DNA of 64,000 nucleotides from the human T2T-CHM13v2.0 reference genome, Homo sapiens (GCF_009914755.1 NC_060925.1); one strand, 5' to 3'; shown: positions 7,365 to 20,777, numbered from the stretch's first letter. The notes: generated by a model not told the origin, from the sequence alone. Program-made: numbers and translations.

Positions 7365-7747
7365 CAACAAAAACAAAACACAAAAACTCTGGGTCTGTGC
7401 CGGGGATCCGCGCTCAGCCAAGCCCGCCACAGCAAATCTGCCCACACGGGCATTCGGGCGCGGGCCACGGCCGGTCCTTCCCCTGGAGACCCCGGCGGGC
7501 AGTCTCTCGACCCTGGGCGGCAGAGAAAGCGCAAGATGGGACGAGTCGGCCTCTCTCCCTCCGCTCTCCCTCCGCGCCCCGCCTCAGGTCCCTCGACGTG
7601 ACGAGAGCCTCCCCTTCTGCTCGCCCCATCGGGCCAGCCTCTCGTGGACGCTGCAATAGGACGGAGGCCCACGGCAGGCGGTGACCAGTGAACGGCGGCT
7701 GGTGGCGAGTTCCGCTGTGCCAGCTTCCGTTGGCGTTTGCCATCGGT

Positions 7748-7818
7748 GCATGGGTGGTTCAGTGGTAGAATTCTCGCCTGCCACGCGGGAGGCCCGGGTT
7801 CGATTCCCGGCCCATGCA
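7748..7818 (+). tRNA. TRG-GCC1: tRNA-Gly(GCC), unit 2
   Basis: Identical to the unit 1 copy. Confidence 0.97.
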
Positions 7819-8199
7819 GCACGCCCTCCCATTTTGGTGCTGCAGCAGCACCAAGGCGTAGCTGCGCTCGCCTCTGCCGCCTCCTTACACTCGGGGCGCG
7901 CGAGCGAGTCCGGCACCGGCTGCGCTCCCACGCGCGACGGCCCTCTGCCCTTTCTTCCGTGCCTCTCTCGACTGACTTAGGGATGAGCCTACCCCACGCA
8001 CCCACACACCTTGGTGACAACAACCCCTCCAGACACGAGAGCGCGCCAGACACCAGAACTTGGCAGCCTCCTGGTCCTGTTTCTCTTCATTGCCCTGCCA
8101 CCGCCTCTGCCCGACGCATTTCACTTCACGGAACACCGCCAGGCACCACGGGCTTGCAGCCACTCGCACCACCCCTTCTCTTCACATTTCACCGCCTCG

Positions 8200-8248
<49 letters not shown>

Positions 8249-10045
8249 CCCCCGCCCCCCTCGCTGGCTCCCCATATCCAGAAAATGATGCCATGGTTGC
8301 CCTTCCAGTAGGAAGGAAGTCGCGACTCCAGGGAGTAACTCATCACTTTCCCCTAGTTGGTCACACAGTCCTTAACGCGACCACACGAGTGTACGCGTGG
8401 CATGTGCACCGTCTATATTCACCGTGTTCCGGCTACTCCACACTCTCTCCCCTCATTCTGCCGGCACCACCACCGCCATGTCGCAACTCCCAACCTAACC
8501 CCAATCCACCACTTTAGTCGAGGATGCTGCCTTGTTTCTCCCCCTCGGACCTCTTTTCATCTCAGCCCCAGACACATGCCTGAGACGTGAATGTGCGTCC
8601 TGAAGACGGCTTATTTATGTCTCGGGTCCAGTTGCATTCCCTACCCTTTTGGGACGTGGGACGTGGCCTCCAGTCGCTCTGTCACGATGTCTCTCCCACC
8701 CTGGGCTGCTTGCCACCTCACCCCAGCCCCACTCCATACTCTGACCGCCCAGCCCAAGCAGCATCCCAGTCTCGCCGGCGCGGGTCCCCTTTGACCACAC
8801 AGACTTCGTTCCTGCCCAGACCAACCGGCTGAAAATGTACTGTTCCCACCAGCCTTCAGGCTCAGCCCTCCCTCCCCCACCTTTGTCTCACGCCACCCAC
8901 CCCTTCACTCACACACACACTCTGACGCGCACACACACACACACACACTCACACTCTCACTCTCTCTCTCTCTCTCACTCTCTGTCTTTCTCTGTCTCTC
9001 TCTCTCTCTCTGTCTCTATGTCTCTATCTCTCTGTCTCTGTCTCACACAGCCAACTCTCCGTCTCGCCGTCAATGCCCCTCTCTCAGACGACTCATATCC
9101 CCCAGCCCTGGCCTCCTTCAGCCTCTTCAGACTCACGCCAGCTCCGCCACCAGCTGGGATCCCTCCGACCTATGGCATAGGCAGCCCGCGAGGTGCCCTA
9201 ACGCCCCAGGCATCTGCACAACCTCCGTTTGACTGCACAGCCTCACTCCCAGACCTGGCCAGCCAGCCCTGTGCACCCCCTGGACACCCTGGACTCCTTC
9301 TTCCAGCTCCCAGCACGCGACATGCTTCTCTCCTTTCCTTGGTGTCAGCCCCTTGCCCCGGGCTAGGGTGGACGCCAGCCACGGGATCGGACACCTTCTT
9401 CCGTCGCTGTCACCCACTGACATCCACCCACAACACGCTGGCAAGCAAGCCAGCCTCCCGTGGGGATGGCAAACATCTCTATCCCCGATAGGGTCTGGTC
9501 CCTGCAGGTGATCCGACTGTGCCAAGATCCCACGAATGACACGGGACAGGTTTGTGCAGTTGGTTGGACGTCTACTTTGCCCCTACAGAGGGGTTTTGGC
9601 AAGAAGTCGACTGACTTCTGCCATTGACCTGGGGAATCAGCCAAACAATAAGATCAGTACGGGTTGAATAGAGGTTGGAGAACTGGGCTCATCTGTGCTA
9701 AGGAGGGGATGGGAAAAAAGTCCCACAGCGAATCTTGGCGCTGGGGATAGGTACCATCTCCACATGTTCCTTGACATTTGGAGAGACGATAGAGAGCGTA
9801 GGTCAGGCAATGGGAAGCAAACTTCGGCTAGAAGTCTGTCAGGAACCCCAACCCCGCACATGCGCTTTGGTCAGCCTGGCCGTTGGGTTTTCCCCACGAA
9901 CTGCTGCATCTCCACGCTTCAATGCCCGTGGCCAGGTTGGTCTGACTAATGGGACCTCTCAAGATTCATTTTCACATCCAGAATAGGCGAGAATCTCAAA
10001 CCTGTCGACGGTGAGCGGGAGCATGTGTACGCACATGCACGTGTA

Positions 10046-10467
10046 TGTTGCGGGAAGTCAGGGACCCCGAACGGAGGGAGCGGCTGGAGCTGCGGCCGAG
10101 GCACGTAAATTGTGAGGATTTCATTTCAATACGGACATTCATCAGTTCCCAAATAATGCTTTTATAATTTCTCACGCCTGTCTTTACTTTAATCTCTTAA
10201 TCCTGTTATCTTCGTAAGCTGAGGATGTACGTCACCTCAGGACCGCTGTGACAATTGTGTTGACTCTACAAATTGATGGTAAAACGTGTGTGTTTGAACA
10301 GCATGAAATCAGGGCACCTTGAGAAAGAATAGAATAACAGCGACTTTTAGGGAACAGGGGAAGACAACGGTAAGGTCTGACTGCCTGCGAGGTCGGGCAG
10401 AAAGAGCCATATTTTTCTTCTTGCAGAGAGCCTACGAAGGACGTGCAGGTAGGGAAGATGTGGCTAA
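10046..10467 (+). mobile_element. MER11A-like LTR fragment, unit 2
   Basis: Copy of 2647-3068. Confidence 0.85.
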
Positions 10468-11039
10468 GACAACCTAAGTGTCCATCGGCCGGGAAATGGA
10501 TTAACAAAAATGTGGCATATAGACACCATGGAATACTATTTGGCCATAGAAAAGGACGAAATCCTCTGGTCTGCAGCAACAGAGGCGGAGCTAAAGGTCA
10601 CGATGGAACATCAAACGAGCCGGGCACAGAAAGACAGAGAGGGCAGGTTCTTACTCCAATCCTGGGAGCTCAAAATGTTCACCTTGTGGAGGTAGAGAGT
10701 AGAACGATAGACACCAGAGGCTGGAGAGGGTGTGTGGGTGACTGCGGTGAAGAGAGGTTGGTGAAATGGGTCCGAGCATGCGTTTGGATGGAGGGAATAC
10801 GTTCCAATAATGTTCTACGGCGGGGTAGGGCGACTAGGGGTAACAACGATGTATTAGTGCTTGTTTCCGAAGAGCTCCTGGAAGACAGCACCTGAGATGC
10901 TCCCAACAGGTAGAGATGACAGATACCCACGGGATGGATGCCCTACATCCCCTCAGTTGACCATCGATCACTACGCGATGTACACGCGTTACCACACGTC
11001 ACAGGAATCCCATGGATATCATGTCCGCATGAAGAAAAA
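10468..11039 (+). mobile_element. L1MA-like 3' fragment, unit 2
   Basis: Copy of 3069-3640. Confidence 0.85.
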
Positions 11040-11669
11040 CATAGTCATGCTGCCAGGGTGATTGTCGCAGCTCTGCCTCCCTAGCGCTATGGCCCGTGGT
11101 CTCGGCTCCTCAAGTTCCGCTGCCATTACTACCAAAGCCGCTGACACCCGTGGAGCCCAATCACGGATCCCACGCCTTGGGAAAGCCAGTGCGCTTGCTG
11201 GCATGAGTGGCTCTGGCGGGTGGCCCAACCATTAGGCGCAGATCCCCCGCAGCCGAGAGAGAAGTGGCCCGTCAGCCACTCGGCTTGGCTTGGCAGAAGC
11301 CGCTCCGCTCGAGAGTCCTGGCCCATCCGGTGGCCAGCGGAGAGTGCGAGGGTGGCGGTGGTGGTGGTGGCGGGTCACCTGGCGGCCATGGGAGGAGAAA
11401 GCCTGACCTGGCCAGTGGGCTTTGCCGCTGACAAAGAGTGGGAGCGAGGCGAGCACCTGACAAGGAAGGGCTGTGAAGCTGATGTTGCGAAGGTGGCGCC
11501 AGCGAGGCCAAAAGGAGGGATGGGTGGAGGTAGGCGGGGAGCGTTGGGGCGCACGTGGAAGCCGCGGGAGGTTGTGGCTGGGGCGCGGGAGAAGCGAGCC
11601 AGCCTGTTGGTCAAAAGGGGAGGTGTGAAGGGGCCTGGCAGTTGGCAGGCAGCGCCAACGAAGGAAGGC

Positions 11670-11741
11670 TTCCCTGACCGGGAATCGAACCCGGGCCGCG
11701 GCGGTGAGAGCGCCGAATCCTAACCACTAGACCACCAGGGA
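11670..11741 (-). tRNA. TRE-CTC1: tRNA-Glu(CTC), unit 2
   Basis: Identical to the unit 1 copy. Confidence 0.97.
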
Positions 11742-12027
11742 GAGGCGGCTTCAGGGCCCGGCTTGCGCCTCCTGGCCCCAGCGCCTCTGGCCCCAGCACT
11801 GGGCGCTACCTTGGCGCCTGTCCCCTGCTTCGCTTTAAAACAAACACCCGCAACCAGCCCCCGCGACGCCGGCGGCAACCGGCCTGCCCTCACGAGCAGC
11901 TCTGGCCCTGTTCGCAGCACACCCTCCAAACACCGCGCGCGTCCTTCCCCGGCGCACAGGCACGCAGCCACAGGCCAAGCTGCGACGCGAGCTCCGCGAC
12001 GGGGACCTCCGCAAAAGGTCCGCCCGC

Positions 12028-12099
12028 TGCGTTGGCCGGGAATCGAACCCGGGTCAACTGCTTGGAAGGCAGCTATGCTCACCACTATACCACCAACGC
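12028..12099 (-). tRNA. TRG-TCC2: tRNA-Gly(TCC), unit 2
   Basis: Identical to the unit 1 copy. Confidence 0.97.
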
Positions 12100-12684
12100 C
12101 GCACGGCGCGGGCAGCCCCGCCGCGCCGGCCCGGGGCTCCCACCAGCGCGCCGCCGACGCCCGGGGCAGGCCGGCCCCGACGCCCGGTCCGTCCGCCCGC
12201 CCGCAGCTCCGCGCTGCCGCGGCCCCGCCAAAGGCCGCCCCGCGCCCCACCGGTGCAAGGCCAGCGCGGCTGCCCCGTTCCGCCCGCCTGCCTCTGGGGG
12301 CGCTCTCGCTCCCTCGCCGCCCGGGGCCGCCAGAGCCCTTCCCCACCAGGTGCCCGGCGGGGACACGGCCGGCGCCGACGGGGTCCCCACTCCTCCGCCT
12401 CCCACCGGGCGCCGGGCCCTGTGCCTCGCAGAAAGCCTCTTCCGACACCCACTTTGGGCCGGCAGCTCTCTGGGCGCCGTGGGGGCCAGAGGAGGCCGCC
12501 CGGCTGCGGGCGACCAAGCCGCGGGCGAGAAGAAAAGGTAGGAGGCCAAGGGGGCCCAGGAGGCCCAGGGGGCCAAGGGGCCAGGCCCGAGATGGCGCCC
12601 TGCGACTAGCGGGAGGGCGGAGGAAGGAGAGAGAAGGAGGGCCCACAGGCTGGGTCCGAGGCGGCGGCCCAAAATCACGGCTGC

Positions 12685-12756
12685 CTCCCCGTCGGGGAAT
12701 CGAACCCCGGTCTCCCGCGTGACAGGCGGGGATACTCACCACTATACTAACGAGGA
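12685..12756 (-). tRNA. TRD-GTC2: tRNA-Asp(GTC), unit 2
   Basis: Identical gene body; T4 terminator at 12671-12674. Confidence 0.97.
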
Positions 12757-13392
12757 CGACGGCGACGGTCGCCGGGACGCCAGACCCCACTCCGACCGCG
12801 GACGCCTAGCCCTGCCTTGATCCCCTCCCCCGACGGCAGGGGCCGGGCGCGTGCTCGCCTTCCACCCGCCGCCCGCCGCCCGCCACCCGCCACACGCCAC
12901 CCGTCACCTGCCACCCGCCCCCCGCCACCGTTGGCACGACCTACCCCGACACCCAACAAAGCACCCTGCGATCCCGCTGGGACCCGGAGCCGGAGCCGGA
13001 CCCCGACAGGTACCGGAGCGGCGTGGAACCTCCCCGCGCGCCCTGCCTGCTGTCTCCAACGCGGGGATCGCGCCGGGGCAGGAGGAGGCGCGGGCGAAAC
13101 AGTCAGGCCGCTGCTCCTAGGACGCGGTGGGCGCACGCCCTGCGGGGTTCGGCGAGCGGAGGCGCGGGGGCTGGTGCGTGCGCCGGCGGCGGCCGGCCCG
13201 ACGCGGACCCTTTGGGTCCGGGGTGGGGACGCGGGGGCGTCCACGCCAACGCCAGCCGGCTCCGTTCACTTGGCGCCCGCTCCGCCCGCGCGGTCCGTCG
13301 GTTGCGCACCGAACCCAGACAGGCGCCGGCCAAGGGCGCAGGCGTTCGCGCCGGGTCCCAGCCATGCCAGCGGCGACGCGCCCCGGCGCGCC

Positions 13393-13475
13393 GTCAGGAT
13401 GGCCGAGCGGTCTAAGGCGCTGCGTTCAGGTCGCAGTCTCCCCTGGAGGCGTGGGTTCGAATCCCACTCCTGACA
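13393..13475 (+). tRNA. TRL-CAG1: tRNA-Leu(CAG), unit 2
   Basis: Identical to the unit 1 copy. Confidence 0.97.
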
Positions 13476-14712
13476 AGCCGACCTTTTGGCCCGCCCGCCG
13501 GAGGGCAACGCCCATGGCAACCCTGGAGCACCTTTGGCCGCTTCCTGCCTTGAGCCCTTGCCCGCTCTCCAGACTCCAGCCCCCTTGAAGCAAGCCTCCA
13601 AAACGCCGCCGCTTCTCAGGCACGTCCGTTCTTCCTGCCCACCCGCCGGCTGTCGCAGAAACAGCCCAGGACCATGCGCCAGCGCCCGCGACCCTCTACC
13701 AATTGCCCTTCGGACAGACGCCCTCCCCACCACCTCACACGCCCTCTTCCCTGGCCCCACACACAGCGAGCGACCGCGACCACCTTCCACGCTCTTCCCT
13801 GCCTATCTCCTCCGCCCGCCTTCTCCTCACTCGCCCAAACAGACACAGCCCAGATTCTTCCCCTATTCCTCCTTTTCCCTCCTTCCTCCCACCGGCCTGC
13901 GCCCACCGCCCACCGCCTTGAATCGCCGCTGCGCTGCCCAGAGGCGTCCTGGCCTGAACAGCCCGCCCGGTTTCACCCTCCAACTTCTGACCGCTGAGCA
14001 GCAGCGAGCGACTCGCTCGTGGAGCCGCACACACGTCTCCCACCAGAGGCACGCCATCCAGCATCCTGTCCTTTCCTCCGACCCCTCGGACCCCGGCCGC
14101 GCATTCCATTCTGCCGACACCCTAGCCAGGTCGCCGATCCCACCTCGCTACCTGTGCTCCCTTCCCGCTAACACCTGCCTGCCGGCCCACCTGCAGCCCG
14201 GACGCCTGCCGGCCAGAGGCAGCGGGAACCCTGCACACAGCCGGGCAGGCGAGTCCAAACCCGGAAAGACAGCCCAAGAGGAATCACGAGCGGAAGCCCT
14301 AGATCCCCGTCACCCGCCCACAAACGCCTGGCCCCGCCGGGACCAGCTCTGCGCCACAGCGCATCCCCACGCGGGAAGCCGCGGCCTGGGCCGTCCCAGC
14401 CACACCCAGCGCGCCTTCTCCAGGGTCAGCCAGCTGCGGCTCTGCCGAAGCGCTCCTCCGCTCCTTTCTCGCGCTCCAGCCTCCCTACCAGCCCAGGGGG
14501 CCGGACCCCAAGTGCGAGCCGGTGGCGTGGGTCAGAGCGCAGGAGCGAGGCGCCCACGGACCTGGTCTGCGTTTCTGAGCCGCACGCCACGGCTGCGAGA
14601 CCCGTTCCCCATCGCCGCCCCCGCTCGCTGACACACCCATCCCGCCTCTCACCTGCTGGTGACACAAGTGAGAAGGCTGGCCCCACGGTGGTGAAAAAAA
14701 AAAACACCTCAC

Positions 14713-14752
14713 GAAAGAAAGAAAGAAAGAAAGAAAGAAAGACAGAAAGAAA
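14713..14752. repeat. (GAAA)7 GACA (GAAA)2 STR, unit 2
   Basis: Direct count. Confidence 0.93.
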
Positions 14753-15135
14753 CAACAAAAACAAAACACAAAAACTCTGGGTCTGTGCCGGGGATCCGCG
14801 CTCAGCAAGGCCCGCCACAGCAAATCTGCCCACACGGGCATTTGGGCGCGGGCCACGGCCGGTCCTTCCCCTGGAGACCCCGGCGGGCAGTCTCTCGACC
14901 CTGGGCGGCAGAGAAAGCGCAAGATGGGACGAGTCGGCCTCTCTCCCTCCGCTCTCCCTCCGCGCCCCGCCTCAGGTCCCTCGACGTGACGAGAGCCTCC
15001 CCTTCTGCTCGCCCCATCGGGCCAGCCTCTCGTGGACGCTGCAATAGGACGGAGGCCCACGGCAGGCGGTGACCAGTGAACGGCGGCTGGTGGCGAGTTC
15101 CGCTGTGCCAGCTTCCGTTGGCGTTTGCCATCGGT

Positions 15136-15206
15136 GCATGGGTGGTTCAGTGGTAGAATTCTCGCCTGCCACGCGGGAGGCCCGGGTTCGATTCCCGGCC
15201 CATGCA
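15136..15206 (+). tRNA. TRG-GCC1: tRNA-Gly(GCC), unit 3
   Basis: Identical to the unit 1 copy. Confidence 0.97.
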
Positions 15207-15587
15207 GCACGCCCTCCCATTTTGGTGCTGCAGCAGCACCAAGGCGTAGCTGCGCTCGCCTCTGCCGCCTCCTTACACTCGGGGCGCGCGAGCGAGTCCG
15301 GCACCGGCTGCGCTCCCACGCGCGACGGCCCTCTGCCCTTTCTTCCGTGCCTCTCTCGACTGACTTAGGGATGAGCCTACCCCACGCACCCACACACCTT
15401 GGTGACAACAACCCCTCCAGACACGAGAGCGCGCCAGACACCAGAACTTGGCAGCCTCCTGGTCCTGTTTCTCTTCATTGCCCTGCCACCGCCTCTGCCC
15501 GACGCATTTCACTTCACGGAACACCGCCAGGCACCACGGGCTTGCAGCCACTCGCACCACCCCTTCTCTTCACATTTCACCGCCTCG

Positions 15588-15634
<47 letters not shown>

Positions 15635-17430
15635 CCCCCCCCCCCTCGCTGGCTCCCCACATCCAGAAAATGATGCCATGGTTGCCCTTCCAGTAGGAAG
15701 GAAGTCGCGACTCCAGGGAGTAACTCATCACTTTCCCCTAGTTGGTCACACAGTCCTTAACGCGACCACACGAGTGTACGCGTGGCATGTGCACCGTCTA
15801 TATTCACCGTGTTCCGGCTACTCCACACTCTCTCCCCTCATTCTGCCGGCACCACCACCGCCATGTCGCAACTCCCAACCTAACCCCAATCCACCACTTT
15901 AGTCGAGGATGCTGCCTTGTTTCTCCCCCTCGGACCTCTTTTCATCTCAGCCCCAGACACATGCCTGAGACGTGAATGTGCGTCCTGAAGACGGCTTATT
16001 TATGTCTCGGGTCCAGTTGCATTCCCTACCCTTTTGGGACGTGGGACGTGGCCTCCAGTCGCTCTGTCACGATGTCTCTCCCACCCTGGGCTGCTTGCCA
16101 CCTCACCCCAGCCCCACTCCATACTCTGACCGCCCAGCCCAAGCAGCATCCCAGTCTCGCCGGCGCGGGTCCCCTTTGACCACACAGACTTCGTTCCTGC
16201 CCAGACCAACCGGCTGAAAATGTACTGTTCCCACCAGCCTTCAGGCTCAGCCCTCCCTCCCCCACCTTTGTCTCACGCCACCCACCCCTTCACTCACACA
16301 CACACTCTGACGCGCACACACACACACACACACTCACACTCTCACTCTCTCTCTCTCTCTCACTCTCTGTCTTTCTCTGTCTCTCTCTCTCTCTCTGTCT
16401 CTATGTCTCTATCTCTCTGTCTCTGTCTCACACAGCCAACTCTCCGTCTCGCCGTCAATGCCCCTCTCTCAGACGACTCATATCCCCCAGCCCTGGCCTC
16501 CTTCAGCCTCTTCAGACTCACGCCAGCTCCGCCACCAGCTGGGATCCCTCCGACCTATGGCATAGGCAGCCCGCGAGGTGCCCTAACGCCCCAGGCATCT
16601 GCACAACCTCCGTTTGACTGCACAGCCTCACTCCCAGACCTGGCCAGCCAGCCCTGTGCACCCCCTGGACACCCTGGACTCCTTCTTCCAGCTCCCAGCA
16701 CGCGACATGCTTCTCTCCTTTCCTTGGTGTCAGCCCCTTGCCCCGGGCTAGGGTGGACGCCAGCCACGGGATCGGACACCTTCTTCCGTCGCTGTCACCC
16801 ACTGACATCCACCCACAACACGCTGGCAAGCAAGCCAGCCTCCCGTGGGGATGGCAAACATCTCTATCCCCGATAGGGTCTGGTCCCTGCAGGTGATCCG
16901 ACTGTGCCAAGATCCCACGAATGACACGGGACAGGTTTGTGCAGTTGGTTGGACGTCTACTTTGCCCCTACAGAGGGGTTTTGGCAAGAAGTCGACTGAC
17001 TTCTGCCATTGACCTGGGGAATCAGCCAAACAATAAGATCAGTACGGGTTGAATAGAGGTTGGAGAACTGGGCTCATCTGTGCTAAGGAGGGGATGGGAA
17101 AAAAGTCCCACAGCGAATCTTGGCGCTGGGGATAGGTACCATCTCCACATGTTCCTTGACATTTGGAGAGACGATAGAGAGCGTAGGTCAGGCAATGGGA
17201 AGCAAACTTCGGCTAGAAGTCTGTCAGGAACCCCAACCCCGCACATGCGCTTTGGTCAGCCTGGCCGTTGGGTTTTCCCCACGAACTGCTGCATCTCCAC
17301 GCTTCAATGCCCGTGGCCAGGTTGGTCTGACTAATGGGACCTCTCAAGATTCATTTTCACATCCAGAATAGGCGAGAATCTCAAACCTGTCGACGGTGAG
17401 CGGGAGCATGTGTACGCACATGCACGTGTA

Positions 17431-17852
17431 TGTTGCGGGAAGTCAGGGACCCCGAACGGAGGGAGCGGCTGGAGCTGCGGCCGAGGCACGTAAATTGTGA
17501 GGATTTCATTTCAATACGGACATTCATCAGTTCCCAAATAATGCTTTTATAATTTCTCACGCCTGTCTTTACTTTAATCTCTTAATCCTGTTATCTTCGT
17601 AAGCTGAGGATGTACGTCACCTCAGGACCGCTGTGACAATTGTGTTGACTCTACAAATTGATGGTAAAACGTGTGTGTTTGAACAGCATGAAATCAGGGC
17701 ACCTTGAGAAAGAATAGAATAACAGCGACTTTTAGGGAACAGGGGAAGACAACGGTAAGGTCTGACTGCCTGCGAGGTCGGGCAGAAAGAGCCATATTTT
17801 TCTTCTTGCAGAGAGCCTACGAAGGACGTGCAGGTAGGGAAGATGTGGCTAA
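17431..17852 (+). mobile_element. MER11A-like LTR fragment, unit 3
   Basis: Copy of 2647-3068. Confidence 0.85.
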
Positions 17853-18424
17853 GACAACCTAAGTGTCCATCGGCCGGGAAATGGATTAACAAAAATGTGG
17901 CATATAGACACCATGGAATACTATTTGGCCATAGAAAAGGACGAAATCCTCTGGTCTGCAGCAACAGAGGCGGAGCTAAAGGTCACGATGGAACATCAAA
18001 CGAGCCGGGCACAGAAAGACAGAGAGGGCAGGTTCTTACTCCAATCCTGGGAGCTCAAAATGTTCACCTTGTGGAGGTAGAGAGTAGAACGATAGACACC
18101 AGAGGCTGGAGAGGGTGTGTGGGTGACTGCGGTGAAGAGAGGTTGGTGAAATGGGTCCGAGCATGCGTTTGGATGGAGGGAATACGTTCCAATAATGTTC
18201 TACGGCGGGGTAGGGCGACTAGGGGTAACAACGATGTATTAGTGCTTGTTTCCGAAGAGCTCCTGGAAGACAGCACCTGAGATGCTCCCAACAGGTAGAG
18301 ATGACAGATACCCACGGGATGGATGCCCTACATCCCCTCAGTTGACCATCGATCACTACGCGATGTACACGCGTTACCACACGTCACAGGAATCCCATGG
18401 ATATCATGTCCGCATGAAGAAAAA
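17853..18424 (+). mobile_element. L1MA-like 3' fragment, unit 3
   Basis: Copy of 3069-3640. Confidence 0.85.
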
Positions 18425-19054
18425 CATAGTCATGCTGCCAGGGTGATTGTCGCAGCTCTGCCTCCCTAGCGCTATGGCCCGTGGTCTCGGCTCCTCAAGT
18501 TCCGCTGCCATTACTACCAAAGCCGCTGACACCCGTGGAGCCCAATCACGGATCCCACGCCTTGGGAAAGCCAGTGCGCTTGCTGGCATGAGTGGCTCTG
18601 GCGGGTGGCCCAACCATTAGGCGCAGATCCCCCGCAGCCGAGAGAGAAGTGGCCCGTCAGCCACTCGGCTTGGCTTGGCAGAAGCCGCTCCGCTCGAGAG
18701 TCCTGGCCCATCCGGTGGCCAGCGGAGAGTGCGAGGGTGGCGGTGGTGGTGGTGGCGGGTCACCTGGCGGCCATGGGAGGAGAAAGCCTGACCTGGCCAG
18801 TGGGCTTTGCCGCTGACAAAGAGTGGGAGCGAGGCGAGCACCTGACAAGGAAGGGCTGTGAAGCTGATGTTGCGAAGGTGGCGCCAGCGAGGCCAAAAGG
18901 AGGGATGGGTGGAGGTAGGCGGGGAGCGTTGGGGCGCACGTGGAAGCCGCGGGAGGTTGTGGCTGGGGCGCGGGAGAAGCGAGCCAGCCTGTTGGTCAAA
19001 AGGGGAGGTGTGAAGGGGCCTGGCAGTTGGCAGGCAGCGCCAACGAAGGAAGGC

Positions 19055-19126
19055 TTCCCTGACCGGGAATCGAACCCGGGCCGCGGCGGTGAGAGCGCCG
19101 AATCCTAACCACTAGACCACCAGGGA
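19055..19126 (-). tRNA. TRE-CTC1: tRNA-Glu(CTC), unit 3
   Basis: Identical to the unit 1 copy. Confidence 0.97.
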
Positions 19127-19412
19127 GAGGCGGCTTCAGGGCCCGGCTTGCGCCTCCTGGCCCCAGCGCCTCTGGCCCCAGCACTGGGCGCTACCTTGGC
19201 GCCTGTCCCCTGCTTCGCTTTAAAACAAACACCCGCAACCAGCCCCCGCGACGCCGGCGGCAACCGGCCTGCCCTCACGAGCAGCTCTGGCCCTGTTCGC
19301 AGCACACCCTCCAAACACCGCGCGCCTCCTTCCCCGGCGCACAGGCACGCAGCCACAGGCCAAGCTGCGACGCGAGCTCCGCGACGGGGACCTCCGCAAA
19401 AGGTCCGCCCGC

Positions 19413-19484
19413 TGCGTTGGCCGGGAATCGAACCCGGGTCAACTGCTTGGAAGGCAGCTATGCTCACCACTATACCACCAACGC
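19413..19484 (-). tRNA. TRG-TCC2: tRNA-Gly(TCC), unit 3
   Basis: Identical to the unit 1 copy. Confidence 0.97.
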
Positions 19485-20069
19485 CGCACGGCGCGGGCAG
19501 CCCCGCCGCGCCGGCCCGGGGCTCCCACCAGCGCGCCGCCGACGCCCGGGGCAGGCCGGCCCCGACGCCCGGTCCGTCCGCCCGCCCGCAGCTCCGCGCT
19601 GCCGCGGCCCCGCCAAAGGCCGCCCCGCGCCCCACCGGTGCAAGGCCAGCGCGGCTGCCCCGTTCCGCCCGCCTGCCTCTGGGGGCGCTCTCGCTCCCTC
19701 GCCGCCCGGGGCCGCCAGAGCCCTTCCCCACCAGGTGCCCGGCGGGGACACGGCCGGCGCCGACGGGGTCCCCACTCCTCCGCCTCCCACCGGGCGCCGG
19801 GCCCTGTGCCTCGCAGAAAGCCTCTTCCGACACCCACTTTGGGCCGGCAGCTCTCTGGGCGCCGTGGGGGCCAGAGGAGGCCGCCCGGCTGCGGGCGACC
19901 AAGCCGCGGGCGAGAAGAAAAGGTAGGAGGCCAAGGGGGCCCAGGAGGCCCAGGGGGCCAAGGGGCCAGGCCCGAGATGGCGCCCTGCGACTAGCGGGAG
20001 GGCGGAGGAAGGAGAGAGAAGGAGGGCCCACAGGCTGGGTCCGAGGCGGCGGCCCAAAATCACGGCTGC

Positions 20070-20141
20070 CTCCCCGTCGGGGAATCGAACCCCGGTCTCC
20101 CGCGTGACAGGCGGGGATACTCACCACTATACTAACGAGGA
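20070..20141 (-). tRNA. TRD-GTC2: tRNA-Asp(GTC), unit 3
   Basis: Identical gene body; T4 terminator at 20056-20059. Confidence 0.97.
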
Positions 20142-20777
20142 CGACGGCGACGGTCGCCGGGACGCCAGACCCCACTCCGACCGCGGACGCCTAGCCCTGC
20201 CTTGATCCCCTCCCCCGACGGCAGGGGCCGGGCGCGTGCTCGCCTTCCACCCGCCGCCCGCCGCCCGCCACCCGCCACACGCCACCCGTCACCTGCCACC
20301 CGCCCCCCGCCACCGTTGGCACGACCTACCCCGACACCCAACAAAGCACCCTGCGATCCCGCTGGGACCCGGAGCCGGAGCCGGACCCCGACAGGTACCG
20401 GAGCGGCGTGGAACCTCCCCGCGCGCCCTGCCTGCTGTCTCCAACGCGGGGATCGCGCCGGGGCAGGAGGAGGCGCGGGCGAAACAGTCAGGCCGCTGCT
20501 CCTAGGACGCGGTGGGCGCACGCCCTGCGGGGTTCGGCGAGCGGAGGCGCGGGGGCTGGTGCGTGCGCCGGCGGCGGCCGGCCCGACGCGGACCCTTTGG
20601 GTCCGGGGTGGGGACGCGGGGGCGTCCACGCCAACGCCAGCCGGCTCCGTTCACTTGGCGCCCGCTCCGCCCGCGCGGTCCGTCGGTTGCGCACCGAACC
20701 CAGACAGGCGCCGGCCAAGGGCGCAGGCGTTCGCGCCGGGTCCCAGCCATGCCAGCGGCGACGCGCCCCGGCGCGCC

